A stretch of 64,000 nt of DNA, taken from sequence record NC_061444.1. One strand, written 5' to 3'. Shown in pieces: positions 26,418 to 35,853 of the stretch; the first letter of the stretch is position 1, and every line of letters starts with the position of its first letter. The translations under genes and the position numbers were made by a program. The notes below the pieces were generated by a model that was not told the origin of the DNA, ran no database searches, and saw only the letters and a program-made list of their open reading frames with translations.

Positions 26418-27398
26418 ATGAGATTCGGATTCGCCTGCAAACTAATCGACGAGAAAGGCAAACAACCCTACCCAAACAAAAGTCTAAGCTACAAGCACTT
26501 CTCAAAACTCAGTCTCGATGAACGACGCCAGAAGTTGCGTGAGATCGTGACAGTCAATCTAACGTCGCTGTATGATATGGTTGCTCACGTCGGTATGTTA
26601 CGCCGAGACATGCGTATGTTTCGAATCACTAGTGAATTACTTCCGTTGTACACGCACCCGCAAGTAACGCATCTTTATCAAGAGCGTGAACTCGCCGCAT
26701 ACATCGAACACTGGTTGTGGAAGTGTGGCACGTTGGCACAGGGTGCTGGCGTTAGACTTTCGTTTCATCCTGGTCAGTTCACGGTACTCGCATCTGATCG
26801 ACCTGACGTTGTGCTCAACTCGATTAACGAACTTGAGTACCATGCGTACTGCGCCTATCACATGGGGTATGGTCGTCGCTTTCAAGACTTCAAGATCAAC
26901 ATTCACCTAAGCGGTAAGCTGGGTGCAAAAGGCTTTCGTGCAGCGCACTCGAAACTTTCTGATCACTGCCGAAAGATGTTGACCGTTGAGAACGACGAGA
27001 TCACGTCCAGCATCGAAGACTGTTTAGAACTTGCCGACATATGCCCGATAGTCCTAGATATTCATCATCACTGGGTTATGACAAACGAGTACATACAGCC
27101 GAACGATGATCGTGTTCAGCGTGTCATAGAGTCATGGCGAGGCATCACGCCTGTTGCTCATTACTCTGTATCTCGCCCAGAGTTCGTGCCGTCACGTGGT
27201 ATGCCAGATCAGAACAAGCTCGCTGCTAATCGTATGCAGTTACGCGCACACTCTGACTACTATCACAATGACGACGTAAACGACTGGGCGCTGACTTTCA
27301 CTGATTTTGACCTTATGTGCGAGTCTAAAGCTAAAAACAGAGCACGTATAAAACTGGCATGTTTTCGTGCGAACTCTGCAAATAACTGGACAAAATAA
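26418..27398 (+). CDS. uvsE: UV damage endonuclease UvdE/UvsE
   Basis: MRFGFAC, RMFRITS, RLSFHPGQF, VENDE, VLDIHHHW, HYS, RAHSDY, ESKAKN. Confidence 0.95.
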   Translation: MRFGFACKLIDEKGKQPYPNKSLSYKHFSKLSLDERRQKLREIVTVNLTSLYDMVAHVGMLRRDMRMFRITSELLPLYTHPQVTHLYQERELAAYIEHWLWKCGTLAQGAGVRLSFHPGQFTVLASDRPDVVLNSINELEYHAYCAYHMGYGRRFQDFKINIHLSGKLGAKGFRAAHSKLSDHCRKMLTVENDEITSSIEDCLELADICPIVLDIHHHWVMTNEYIQPNDDRVQRVIESWRGITPVAHYSVSRPEFVPSRGMPDQNKLAANRMQLRAHSDYYHNDDVNDWALTFTDFDLMCESKAKNRARIKLACFRANSANNWTK

Positions 27399-27431
27399 GG
27401 CTTGTTTCAGACGATCGCCCTGTGCTACAAT
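27387..27431 (+). promoter_or_regulatory. phage promoter cassette copy 5
   Basis: TGGACAAAAT at 27387; TGC-TACAAT at 27426 (39 nt offset). Confidence 0.85.
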
Positions 27432-27486
27432 GTAAGTGAGCACTTTAATCGCGTTTTTCACATATAACTAGACTGAGAAAATAAAC

Positions 27487-27789
27487 ATGTTCAATACAAC
27501 AACCATCGCAAAGAAAACAACCGCTTCACCGTCCACCAGCCATTCTTTCGGTATCACGGGCATCACGCCTACCAATCGCATCGCTTGCGTTTGGCCAGGT
27601 GCTCTGGAAGTTCCCGCTCCTATCAAACGTTGGTGTCGTGCGAATGAAATCTTGACTGACCTTGATGCTTACATGCGTGTTCGCTTTAAAGGTCGTCGTG
27701 CTGACATTCTGAATCTGGTTACCAAACATCTGGCGCCGAACAACCCTGAAATGGCTGTTCGCATTCTTGCAACTATCACCGAGGCTTAA
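27487..27789 (+). CDS. hypothetical protein (100 aa)
   Basis: First ORF after promoter copy 5. Confidence 0.8.
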   Translation: MFNTTTIAKKTTASPSTSHSFGITGITPTNRIACVWPGALEVPAPIKRWCRANEILTDLDAYMRVRFKGRRADILNLVTKHLAPNNPEMAVRILATITEA

Positions 27790-27790
27790 A

Positions 27791-28054
27791 ATGAAAGTTC
27801 AGCCGCTGGAAGCTATGTATGGCGCTACGAACGCCAATACACCGTTAGTCGAAAAACGAGGCTTCCGTACTGTCGAATCTAAGTATGTCGATGGAACGGA
27901 GGTTAGATTACAACGATTGTCACATGATATCCATGAGCGTGTGGTGGTGGGCTACGACCAGTTTGGTCGAGCAGTGTATGGAACATATTTGCCACCATCA
28001 TCGTTCGAAGTGCGTGACAGCAAGGAGAGCGAACCGAATAAAACGGCGCCCTAG
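27791..28054 (+). CDS. hypothetical protein (87 aa)
   Basis: GAGG SD before ATG 27791. Confidence 0.75.
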   Translation: MKVQPLEAMYGATNANTPLVEKRGFRTVESKYVDGTEVRLQRLSHDIHERVVVGYDQFGRAVYGTYLPPSSFEVRDSKESEPNKTAP

Positions 28055-28130
28055 CAAGCTCACAACCAGAAGCCATAGAATAAACCAAACAATAAATTCA
28101 TGCGCTGACCTATCGTGGGGGTGTCTTAAA

Positions 28131-28508
28131 ATGATCGTTATCTGTAACTCTTCAAGACAGTTTTGTGCAGATCGTCTTGCACACGGGGATGCTTTTGTTT
28201 TTGGTAAGACTCGCATGTTGTTACGTGCTGACTATATCGTCCTGACCGACAAGAACAATAGTATCTATGTAATACGCAAATCTGATGTTGTTTGGGCTCC
28301 CGAGCTTACGGGCGCAACGCATGTGATTAAGATCCGGGCGTTCGCCCAGATTAAACCATTTGAACTCAACGCAGCATGTCCTCAGTTTAATAGCCGCGTA
28401 TTCGGAACAATCGCGTTCCGTAATCCGCACTTCGAGTACAGACTGAATGGTCTGAAATACGTAGAGACAATCTTCGGAGGTTTACATGGCACGGTATCAT
28501 GTGTTTAG
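28131..28508 (+). CDS. hypothetical protein (125 aa)
   Basis: GGGGG SD before ATG 28131. Confidence 0.7.
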   Translation: MIVICNSSRQFCADRLAHGDAFVFGKTRMLLRADYIVLTDKNNSIYVIRKSDVVWAPELTGATHVIKIRAFAQIKPFELNAACPQFNSRVFGTIAFRNPHFEYRLNGLKYVETIFGGLHGTVSCV

Positions 28509-28734
28509 TGCGGCCCATAAATACTACGGCGAAGCATATGAAGGTACGTGGCTGAAAGAGATAGCACTCAACGGCCATCAAGTTACTTCCGCCGAGTTTA
28601 GAGACTTCGAGAGCGCAAAGGAATGCGCAGACAAGCTGCATGAGGTTTGCGGTACAGGGTGGATCGTTTACAACGCTTTCTCCGAGAGAGCGATGTACGA
28701 TACCCGCACAGAGCACGGCGAGTCTGTAAAGTAA
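28486..28734 (+). CDS. hypothetical protein (82 aa)
   Basis: GGAGG SD. Confidence 0.8.
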   Translation: MARYHVFSAAHKYYGEAYEGTWLKEIALNGHQVTSAEFRDFESAKECADKLHEVCGTGWIVYNAFSERAMYDTRTEHGESVK

Positions 28735-28811
28735 TAGCAGCCTCGCCTGCACCTATTCTTAACGTGGCGCTTACGGGCTTCACAACAATTCACTATCAAT
28801 TGAGGTTCAAA

Positions 28812-29321
28812 ATGAAATTCACTTCTATCGCTATCGCACTGGTTATGTCTGCTTCCGCGTCTGCTGCAAACTACAAAGCTCCTGCACCTGCTGCAGGTAT
28901 GCAGTCGTCAGGCATGTCCATCTCTGACAAACTGGATGATAGCTGTCTGAGCAAGCTGTCCGATGCGCATGACCTGCGTAGCTCTGTTGTTGATTTTGCT
29001 GTGTCGCGTGATGCTATCGACACGGTAGCACTTTGGCCTCTGGTCTGTGCGCCGACTGTTGAAGCTAAGTCTATCAGTGTTGAGCGTATGGGCTCCGACC
29101 TGACGCTCACTTACGTCAACAAAGACGCAACAATGCCTAAGCTCGTTATGGTGTTGCAGCGCGTTAAGTCAGAGAACGAAGACGATGCACCTGCGTATCA
29201 GATTGTTCAGGTCGGTGATATGAATGCTATGGGTTATGAAGAACAGTCTGCTGTCAGAGACTGGTTACTTGATTGCTACGCAGCGACCGTACAGGATGAT
29301 ATGATGGCGGTGTTGAACTGA
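28812..29321 (+). CDS. secreted/periplasmic protein with signal peptide (169 aa)
   Basis: GAGG SD; MKFTSIAIALVMSASASAA Sec-type signal. Confidence 0.8.
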   Translation: MKFTSIAIALVMSASASAANYKAPAPAAGMQSSGMSISDKLDDSCLSKLSDAHDLRSSVVDFAVSRDAIDTVALWPLVCAPTVEAKSISVERMGSDLTLTYVNKDATMPKLVMVLQRVKSENEDDAPAYQIVQVGDMNAMGYEEQSAVRDWLLDCYAATVQDDMMAVLN

Positions 29322-29626
29322 TGCCAAAGAAAGATATGTCCGCGTTCAATGCGCAACGCACCCTGATCAACAAAGCTGCATCAACTCCCGCAGATTGGGA
29401 AACGTTCAAACAAATGTTACTCAATCTGCGTCTGGCTGTTGCTGTTGAGCCTCGCCCAGATGCTGCTGTACGCCATCTTGCACGTACTTGGTACACGGAA
29501 GATAAGTACCCGCTACCCGTCTGCAAAGCAACGCTGTTGAAACTCATGGCGTTGAAGAAAGCAAACCGCAATCTTGAAGAAATGATCGCGCTCTACATTG
29601 ACCTTGAGGAAGGACCTAAGAAATGA
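29321..29626 (+). CDS. hypothetical protein (101 aa)
   Basis: TGATG overlap. Confidence 0.8.
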   Translation: MPKKDMSAFNAQRTLINKAASTPADWETFKQMLLNLRLAVAVEPRPDAAVRHLARTWYTEDKYPLPVCKATLLKLMALKKANRNLEEMIALYIDLEEGPKK

Positions 29627-30813
29627 CCGAACAAACTGAGATCACTGTCGTTGCCCGCCGACTGTTTGAGAAAGGCAGTGTCGAAGTACGTGATGCTTTA
29701 CGCGCTATCGCAAACACTGTGCTCGCGCCGAGTCTGGCATTGCAGTATGAAGACAGCGTACCAAGCGTAGAGGCAACATATCGCATTCTGGACGAGATTA
29801 CGTTCTCGGGTGACGGTACGCTGCTGCTTCCTGCTGATGATATTTACGCGTTCGATAATCTGCTGAATAAGAAGTGGCGCGGAACATTCTTCAATGCTGT
29901 GTCTAACATGGCGCTGACTATGTGGTGCACTGACCCACGCACTGCCGGTAAAGGCTTCTGGCCTAAGCAGAACAATGAATGCTGTGAGCTGATCACACGT
30001 TCACTTATCTGGGTGATCGCGCAGCACGGTCTTGAGAATCTTCTCATTAAAGATTCGCCTGTTGTCAGTCACACACGTCTACCGCAGTTTATCATTGCGT
30101 TACAGACTGAGGGTAAAGACGAAGGTTACGCTCGTCACTTTAGCCTGTACAACCCACATGCAGATACAGGCAGTATCAGCACAAACAACATGTGGTCTGA
30201 CGAATACCGCGCTGAGTTTGAGCGCAAACTTGTTGAAGGCCGTCCTGCAGAATACGATAGCGTTCGTCATATGGACTTCGACACTCTGGCTGATCTGTGT
30301 GAGCGTCTTAACCTTATTGGGCCGAACGCTACGCCTCGTGGTTGTACTTGCGACGAAGACGAATTTGATTGCGAATGCGACTGTGATGAGGTTATGACGC
30401 GTGAGGACTTCGATAACGACGACGATGAATTGCGTGACGTGTTCTACCAGAAGTACGGTCATCCTGACGACGGCGTTGACTACGACGAGGCCGAATGGAT
30501 TACAGGCACCTCGCTTATGGAAGTTGAAATCGATCTGCCTACTGTGCGTCTGCCTGTGCCTGACATTCCTAAGTCCCAACACCCGCACATGAAGAAGCAA
30601 AAGAAAGCGATGCCGAAAGCACCACGCAAGCAGGTTATTCTCACTCATGCCCAACAGATCTGGCACGAGCTGGACAGCAAGCATGAGTTCGGTGATCGTC
30701 GTTTTGCTATCACTCTCGTATCTCGCCACACGTGCGGTATCAATCGCGCTGTAGCAACGAATCGTGAAGCGCTGGCGATTGCATACGCTATCTCGTCGCT
30801 AGAAAGCAAATAA
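29623..30813 (+). CDS. hypothetical protein with Cys/acidic patch (396 aa)
   Basis: Long ORF; CTCDEDEFDCECDCDE. Confidence 0.9.
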   Translation: MTEQTEITVVARRLFEKGSVEVRDALRAIANTVLAPSLALQYEDSVPSVEATYRILDEITFSGDGTLLLPADDIYAFDNLLNKKWRGTFFNAVSNMALTMWCTDPRTAGKGFWPKQNNECCELITRSLIWVIAQHGLENLLIKDSPVVSHTRLPQFIIALQTEGKDEGYARHFSLYNPHADTGSISTNNMWSDEYRAEFERKLVEGRPAEYDSVRHMDFDTLADLCERLNLIGPNATPRGCTCDEDEFDCECDCDEVMTREDFDNDDDELRDVFYQKYGHPDDGVDYDEAEWITGTSLMEVEIDLPTVRLPVPDIPKSQHPHMKKQKKAMPKAPRKQVILTHAQQIWHELDSKHEFGDRRFAITLVSRHTCGINRAVATNREALAIAYAISSLESK

Positions 30814-30814
30814 C

Positions 30815-30858
30815 TGGACAAACTAGCGCTTCTATCTGATGCGCTTCTATGATATAAT
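30815..30858 (+). promoter_or_regulatory. phage promoter cassette copy 6
   Basis: TGGACAAACT at 30815; TGA-TATAAT at 30853 (38 nt offset). Confidence 0.85.
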
Positions 30859-30924
30859 CATAGATAGAGCAATATCGCTCTCAACGTCATTTTTAACTAT
30901 ACGTTTATAACGGGAATTGTCACT

Positions 30925-31227
30925 ATGTCACGCACCATTTCACGCAAGAAAGCAGTTAACCTGATGGCTACAACCTACAACGCAAAACATCCTGAATATC
31001 TTCCTCGCCTCTTGGCCGAAGACATGGACTCAACTCACCTGTTCGAGTTCCGTGAAATGGTTGTAGCAAAGATTCAGGCTGGTGAAGACCCTGCCAAAGT
31101 TGTTGACGATATGATCGACACGGCTATTCGTGTTACCCAAGTTCGTCGTCGTACAAGCAACGATTACAATCCGAAGATCGCTGATGTACTGACCGACGAA
31201 ATGCGTGAGATGCTCCGTAACCTGTAA
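30925..31227 (+). CDS. hypothetical protein (100 aa)
   Basis: First ORF after promoter copy 6. Confidence 0.85.
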   Translation: MSRTISRKKAVNLMATTYNAKHPEYLPRLLAEDMDSTHLFEFREMVVAKIQAGEDPAKVVDDMIDTAIRVTQVRRRTSNDYNPKIADVLTDEMREMLRNL

Positions 31228-31235
31228 GGATAAAA

Positions 31236-31790
31236 ATGAAAAGCTACGGTTACTTCTATATTCTGAACCACATCGCTATGGCCGTAGATGCACCCAACAA
31301 GGAAGTTGGGTTCAAAGCTCTTGTTGAACTGGACATGTTCAATCGCGCATCTATCTTCACTCGCCCTGACGCTGAACCTCGTGCTGCAAAGCTCGTTTGT
31401 GATCTCACTGACTCGCTTTATCCGAAGTCTGCTGACACTAACCCGACTGTTGAGCAACGCATGATGTTAGTGCAAGCTCTGCACGATCAGGAACTCGAAT
31501 CCATTGTAGGTGGCATTCGCTTCTTCGTGCCGTTTGCGTACACGAAAGAGCAACTGACCGAGCAATTCGGTTTCTTCGACAACGGTGAGTCGCTTAACGT
31601 ACCGTACTTCTTGCGTCACATGTTCATGGCTGATCAAGCTGTCTTCTGTGACGGCAAGCTGACCAGCTTCGCTTATTCGTGTACTCACGGCGAAGTGTCG
31701 CAGACAGCCCGGCAGTACGGTCTCTTCCCTGCTCAGGCGTATGGCAAGAACGATATTCCTGAGCGGTACAAACATCTGCCTCTGTTCTAG
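31236..31790 (+). CDS. hypothetical protein (184 aa)
   Basis: AAGGA SD. Confidence 0.85.
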   Translation: MKSYGYFYILNHIAMAVDAPNKEVGFKALVELDMFNRASIFTRPDAEPRAAKLVCDLTDSLYPKSADTNPTVEQRMMLVQALHDQELESIVGGIRFFVPFAYTKEQLTEQFGFFDNGESLNVPYFLRHMFMADQAVFCDGKLTSFAYSCTHGEVSQTARQYGLFPAQAYGKNDIPERYKHLPLF

Positions 31791-31802
31791 GAGACAACGC
31801 TC

Positions 31803-32261
31803 ATGGGAGTTGTTCAAGGCATAACAGCAACCACGTTCCCTTCGCGGGGACGTGATGAGGGCCAGAAGATTGCTCTCAAGTCACGCTGGGGAATCTACCC
31901 TGCAGTGATTGTGCGTCAAGACAACGATCAGCCATACAATGAGATATGGAAGATTGACGCAAAGAATCTTCCGCGGCGTTACTTCAAAGAAGATGAAGAC
32001 TTGTTCGTGTCGCGTCACTATATCGAGAACTATGCAAAGCACTCGCCTATCTGTGCGAAGGGTGAGTTCGAAAATCAGTTCGTCGATGTTGTGTTTGACT
32101 ACGACACGGCGAACAAATGTGAGGGCGTCGTTGTGACGCATCGTGACCTGCTCTTGGTGATTTTGATTACCACGGGTCCGCACTCTGGTCGTTACGTTAC
32201 AGGCAAAGAATGTCAGTATGCGCCACGGCCACGTACAGTAAAAGAACTAATCGACAACTAA
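31803..32261 (+). CDS. hypothetical protein, possibly tandem SH3-like domains (152 aa)
   Basis: AGGAG SD; two beta-rich halves. Confidence 0.8.
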   Translation: MGVVQGITATTFPSRGRDEGQKIALKSRWGIYPAVIVRQDNDQPYNEIWKIDAKNLPRRYFKEDEDLFVSRHYIENYAKHSPICAKGEFENQFVDVVFDYDTANKCEGVVVTHRDLLLVILITTGPHSGRYVTGKECQYAPRPRTVKELIDN

Positions 32262-32271
32262 GGATATACGA

Positions 32272-32766
32272 ATGCAATTCAAAGTAATGCCTGATCTCAA
32301 ACGTTTCCCCGACTTCATTATGCCTGAACGCGCCTCAGGTCAGGCCGCCGGTATTGACCTGTTCGCTCAGGAAGATATGGAAATCACAAACAACACCCAG
32401 CTGTTTGAACTGGGCTTTAAAGCTGCTGTGCCTGACGGTTACGTTGGTATCATCTTCCCACGTAGTGGCCTGGGTGCTAAGTTCAACTGTCAGTTGTCGA
32501 ACACTCTGGGCGTTATTGATTCTGATTATCGTGGTCAGTGGATGGCGGCTCTGCATCTCGGAGGCAAAGGCACTAAAGTTGAAAGCACTGAAACGTATCG
32601 ACCGAATCACGGCGAAACGCAGCGCCTTGTCATTAAGAAAGGCGACGCGTATGCGCAAGTGCTGTTCTTCCCTGTGCCGTTGATGCCTGTTGTTCAGGTT
32701 ACCGAGCTGGACGACACAGAGCGTGGCGAGGGTGGTTTCGGTTCCACCACAAAGACTAGTGAGTAA
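32272..32766 (+). CDS. dut: trimeric dUTPase
   Basis: Motifs AGIDL, PRSG, GVIDSDYRG, AQ, RGEGGFGST. Confidence 0.97.
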   Translation: MQFKVMPDLKRFPDFIMPERASGQAAGIDLFAQEDMEITNNTQLFELGFKAAVPDGYVGIIFPRSGLGAKFNCQLSNTLGVIDSDYRGQWMAALHLGGKGTKVESTETYRPNHGETQRLVIKKGDAYAQVLFFPVPLMPVVQVTELDDTERGEGGFGSTTKTSE

Positions 32767-32974
32767 TCTCTGGGTGCTCTTTATCGCCTACTATATTGTA
32801 GGCGTTATCATATTCATTCGTGACCTGCTCGAAGTTGCAGACGATACGCAATTGAGAAAAGCGTTCGACCGAGAACTCGAACATATATCCGATAGCGGTC
32901 TTCTCTTTGAGATGGTCAAGGTCATACTGTTCGTCGTATTCATCCACATTCCTTGTTGGATAATTCGCGTATAG
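32759..32974 (+). CDS. small membrane protein (71 aa)
   Basis: GTG overlapping dut end; hydrophobic N- and C-terminal segments. Confidence 0.5.
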   Translation: MSNLWVLFIAYYIVGVIIFIRDLLEVADDTQLRKAFDRELEHISDSGLLFEMVKVILFVVFIHIPCWIIRV

Positions 32975-33032
32975 TGATGCCACTCACACTAGGAGCCTTA
33001 CGTGGGCTCCTCATTATCGTAATATAAACACT

Positions 33033-33347
33033 ATGGCAAAGAAAACTTATCTGCTACCTAGTCAGCGCCCAAGCCCGTTGCCGAACTTACGAGCCTATCT
33101 CGCGTTTCTCGCCCGGAAGCCCAACGCTAATCGCGCAGTATTAGAATCGTATTGCAAAGCAAGTCTGGCTCAAATGCGCCGCGACCGTTTCTTTGTGGGT
33201 AAGCTCTTTGGCTACAAAGTGTATACGAAATCGAACAAGCTCGCATACACGGTTGTCTGGATAGACCCATACAACTATGACTGTCTTGTTCTCAATCATC
33301 AAAGGAGAATAGTAGAGTTCAAAAACCTTTACGGCCTGCTTTTATAG
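33033..33347 (+). CDS. hypothetical basic protein (104 aa)
   Basis: ORF after hairpin 32991-33011. Confidence 0.75.
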   Translation: MAKKTYLLPSQRPSPLPNLRAYLAFLARKPNANRAVLESYCKASLAQMRRDRFFVGKLFGYKVYTKSNKLAYTVVWIDPYNYDCLVLNHQRRIVEFKNLYGLLL

Positions 33348-33385
33348 TTAGGTCCTAGCGCCTTCACACTAGGGGAAATGTTCCG

Positions 33386-34063
33386 ATGATAACTGTTCTT
33401 AACAATCGTACCGACGAGGTAATGAAACGCCTGAACGTAGCAGTATGGGCTTGTGTCGCTATTATGTTTGCTGTGTATATCGCAATCGTGAGCAATGCAA
33501 ACGCCAGTATGTCTACAGGCCCTGACAACGCCATTGATCTTTCATCTTCCGTGTCACTCGATCCCTCCAATCGTGTGGCAACCAAATACAAGGAGATAGA
33601 AAAGGCAGTAGCTGTAAAAGAAGAACGAAGGCCCAAACGTTATGTAACGAGAGAGCGCCTCCGACAACTTTATGCTCACTTGCCTCATCCGTCTGACTTA
33701 GGCAAGCAGATTGATTTGGCCGCAGAGAAGTACAATGTAGATGCAAAACTGCTTCTATCAATCTGTGTGTCCGAGTCGCATCTTCGTGCAAAGGTCAGGA
33801 ACAAGTCTGGTGCTACAGGTCTGTGTCAAATCATGCCTAACATGCACGGACGTTCTGCACGGGAACTTATGGACTACCGAGTCAATGTTGATCAGGCAGC
33901 CCAGATTGTTGCGTCACTAAACAAGCAGTGTCGTGGGAAACGCGCTTGTGTTATCCAGAGTTACAACACTGGTTGGGGAGCATATTTGAAAGGGGTACGT
34001 GCCCCTCAATATTTAGCTAAAGTACAGACTGAGTATCGCCGCAAGCATACTCCATCTTCTTAA
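33386..34063 (+). CDS. lytic transglycosylase (SLT domain) with N-terminal signal anchor
   Basis: AAEKYNVD..LL.SI...ES, GATGLCQIMP, N...AA, SYNTG; hydrophobic VAVWACVAIMFAVYIAIV. Confidence 0.88.
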   Translation: MITVLNNRTDEVMKRLNVAVWACVAIMFAVYIAIVSNANASMSTGPDNAIDLSSSVSLDPSNRVATKYKEIEKAVAVKEERRPKRYVTRERLRQLYAHLPHPSDLGKQIDLAAEKYNVDAKLLLSICVSESHLRAKVRNKSGATGLCQIMPNMHGRSARELMDYRVNVDQAAQIVASLNKQCRGKRACVIQSYNTGWGAYLKGVRAPQYLAKVQTEYRRKHTPSS

Positions 34064-34077
34064 TCGAGGACATAATA

Positions 34078-34764
34078 ATGAACATCAATATCACCGCACT
34101 GTACAAAATGCAATTCCAGTTGCTGAAACCTTTATCGCCGCGTCAGGAGTATGCGCTCGTCGTACTGCTCTGCGACAACGTGAAAGATGGTGATGTGGCT
34201 GCACTGGCAGAAGTAATCGTTCGTGATTATCCGCACGTTGCGCGTCTGTATGATGCGTTCGCCGCTGCTAATCAATACGAAAACGCAGTACCATTCATCG
34301 TACCTGTGCTGAACTCGGACGAAGTTACCGAAGAGATCTTCTGCATTCAGAATCACGCGCTTGTTGTAGCACCAGAACTGCGTGACTCTCTGTATCAGGC
34401 ATTGACCCGCGTTGTAATGATGCGTGAAACGCCTGATGAATTGCTAATGCGCGAAGGCGCCGAACTGATTCTGGTACACGATGCTCTGCCGTACCTGCTC
34501 GGTCAGTTTGTTGACGGTATGCTCGACGCATACAACTGCGGTGTGCTGCCTATGGTTGTTCGTCCTTCAAAACAACAACAGGCCATGCGTGATGATCGTA
34601 TGCTCTCGTTTGAGATGCTGCGTGACAGCAATATGTTCTCTGGTAGTCTGGACTTCACTAAAGCTCTACAGCCGAGTGAGAAAGCTAAAGCGATTGCTAA
34701 TCAGCTTATCTCTCGTCTGCGTAGCGTTAAGCCGGCGCGTGGCTTAGACGTAGTGGCACAATAA
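34078..34764 (+). CDS. hypothetical protein (228 aa)
   Basis: GAGGA SD. Confidence 0.85.
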   Translation: MNINITALYKMQFQLLKPLSPRQEYALVVLLCDNVKDGDVAALAEVIVRDYPHVARLYDAFAAANQYENAVPFIVPVLNSDEVTEEIFCIQNHALVVAPELRDSLYQALTRVVMMRETPDELLMREGAELILVHDALPYLLGQFVDGMLDAYNCGVLPMVVRPSKQQQAMRDDRMLSFEMLRDSNMFSGSLDFTKALQPSEKAKAIANQLISRLRSVKPARGLDVVAQ

Positions 34765-34769
34765 AACTC

Positions 34770-34803
34770 AACGGGAGACCTTAACTGGTTTCCCGTTTTT
34801 CAT
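34770..34803 (+). terminator. intrinsic terminator
   Basis: AACGGGAGACC-TTAACT-GGTTTCCCGTT-TTT. Confidence 0.8.
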
Positions 34804-34825
34804 TTCTGCGCAAATTTTTGAGACT

Positions 34826-35776
34826 ATGACAATGACTAAGACTGCTACCTTCCCGTGGAAAAGTGCTGACCATCGTAACGTGGATTTTGCACTGCGTATC
34901 AACAAACTGAATCTGATGGAAACGTGGAACTACGTCAAGGCGAACAACAAGCCTGACGCAGAAGGTGATGCGCTTCTATCCATGATGCACTACCACTCTA
35001 CCGAGCACATGCGTCAGGTAACAGTGATTGCTCTCTGGTTGTTAGAGCGTGAGTCAGAACAAGCATGGCAGTATGACGTCGGTGCATTACCTCTGGCAGT
35101 CGCGTGTATGTTCCACGACATGAATCACTCGCTCGGTAAAACTGACGACGAGCAGAACGTGGCCGTAGCCCAAGAGGCATTCAAGAAGTATCTCACTGAT
35201 ACCGAAGATCAGCGTATCATCGATCAACAGGACATTATTCTTGAGTTGATCAAAATCACTCAATTCCCATACATGGACACCCGCCAGCCGAAGAATCTGA
35301 TCGAGCGTTGCATCCGTGATGCGGATATCCTGTACGGTATGCAAGATGATGTTATCGACTATGTAATGTTTTCGCTTCGCCGTGAGCTGAATCGCCGCCC
35401 GAAAACTTCTACGTTGAAGTATGACCGAGAGCAGTGGGCATCAATGCGCATTGACTTCCTGCTATCTATCGAAATCTATACGCCGACAGCCGAAGCAATC
35501 ATGGGCTGGGAGTTGTCTTCGACCAACGACAATGGCCACGAAGATAAATTGCAGGCGTGGGTGAGCGATGACCCTGTGTTCTACGTTACCACCGCAAATG
35601 CGTTGAAAGCGAATGACGTGTTGTTTATCGACACGTCAGAAGATGCAACAACGAAGCGCCGTCTGATCGAGCGCATTACAGACATGGGCGTTGGCTTCAA
35701 CATCTATTTCAATGACGGTGACTCGCTTCATCTGCGCAACGGTGAGAAGTGCGTAGCAGTCGAAAGACGCAAATAA
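34826..35776 (+). CDS. HD-domain phosphohydrolase with C-terminal SH3/KOW-like module
   Basis: YHSTEH...FHDMNH...IRDADILY. Confidence 0.85.
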   Translation: MTMTKTATFPWKSADHRNVDFALRINKLNLMETWNYVKANNKPDAEGDALLSMMHYHSTEHMRQVTVIALWLLERESEQAWQYDVGALPLAVACMFHDMNHSLGKTDDEQNVAVAQEAFKKYLTDTEDQRIIDQQDIILELIKITQFPYMDTRQPKNLIERCIRDADILYGMQDDVIDYVMFSLRRELNRRPKTSTLKYDREQWASMRIDFLLSIEIYTPTAEAIMGWELSSTNDNGHEDKLQAWVSDDPVFYVTTANALKANDVLFIDTSEDATTKRRLIERITDMGVGFNIYFNDGDSLHLRNGEKCVAVERRK

Positions 35777-35777
35777 T

Positions 35778-35821
35778 AGGCTGAAATCGCCGTACTGTCT
35801 AAAGTGCGTTTATGCTACAAT
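35778..35821 (+). promoter_or_regulatory. phage promoter cassette copy 7 (divergent upstream box)
   Basis: AGGCTGAAAT at 35778; TGC-TACAAT at 35816 (38 nt offset). Confidence 0.7.
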
Positions 35822-35853
35822 ATGCGTAGACGCACTAACAAAGAGAGTTAATC

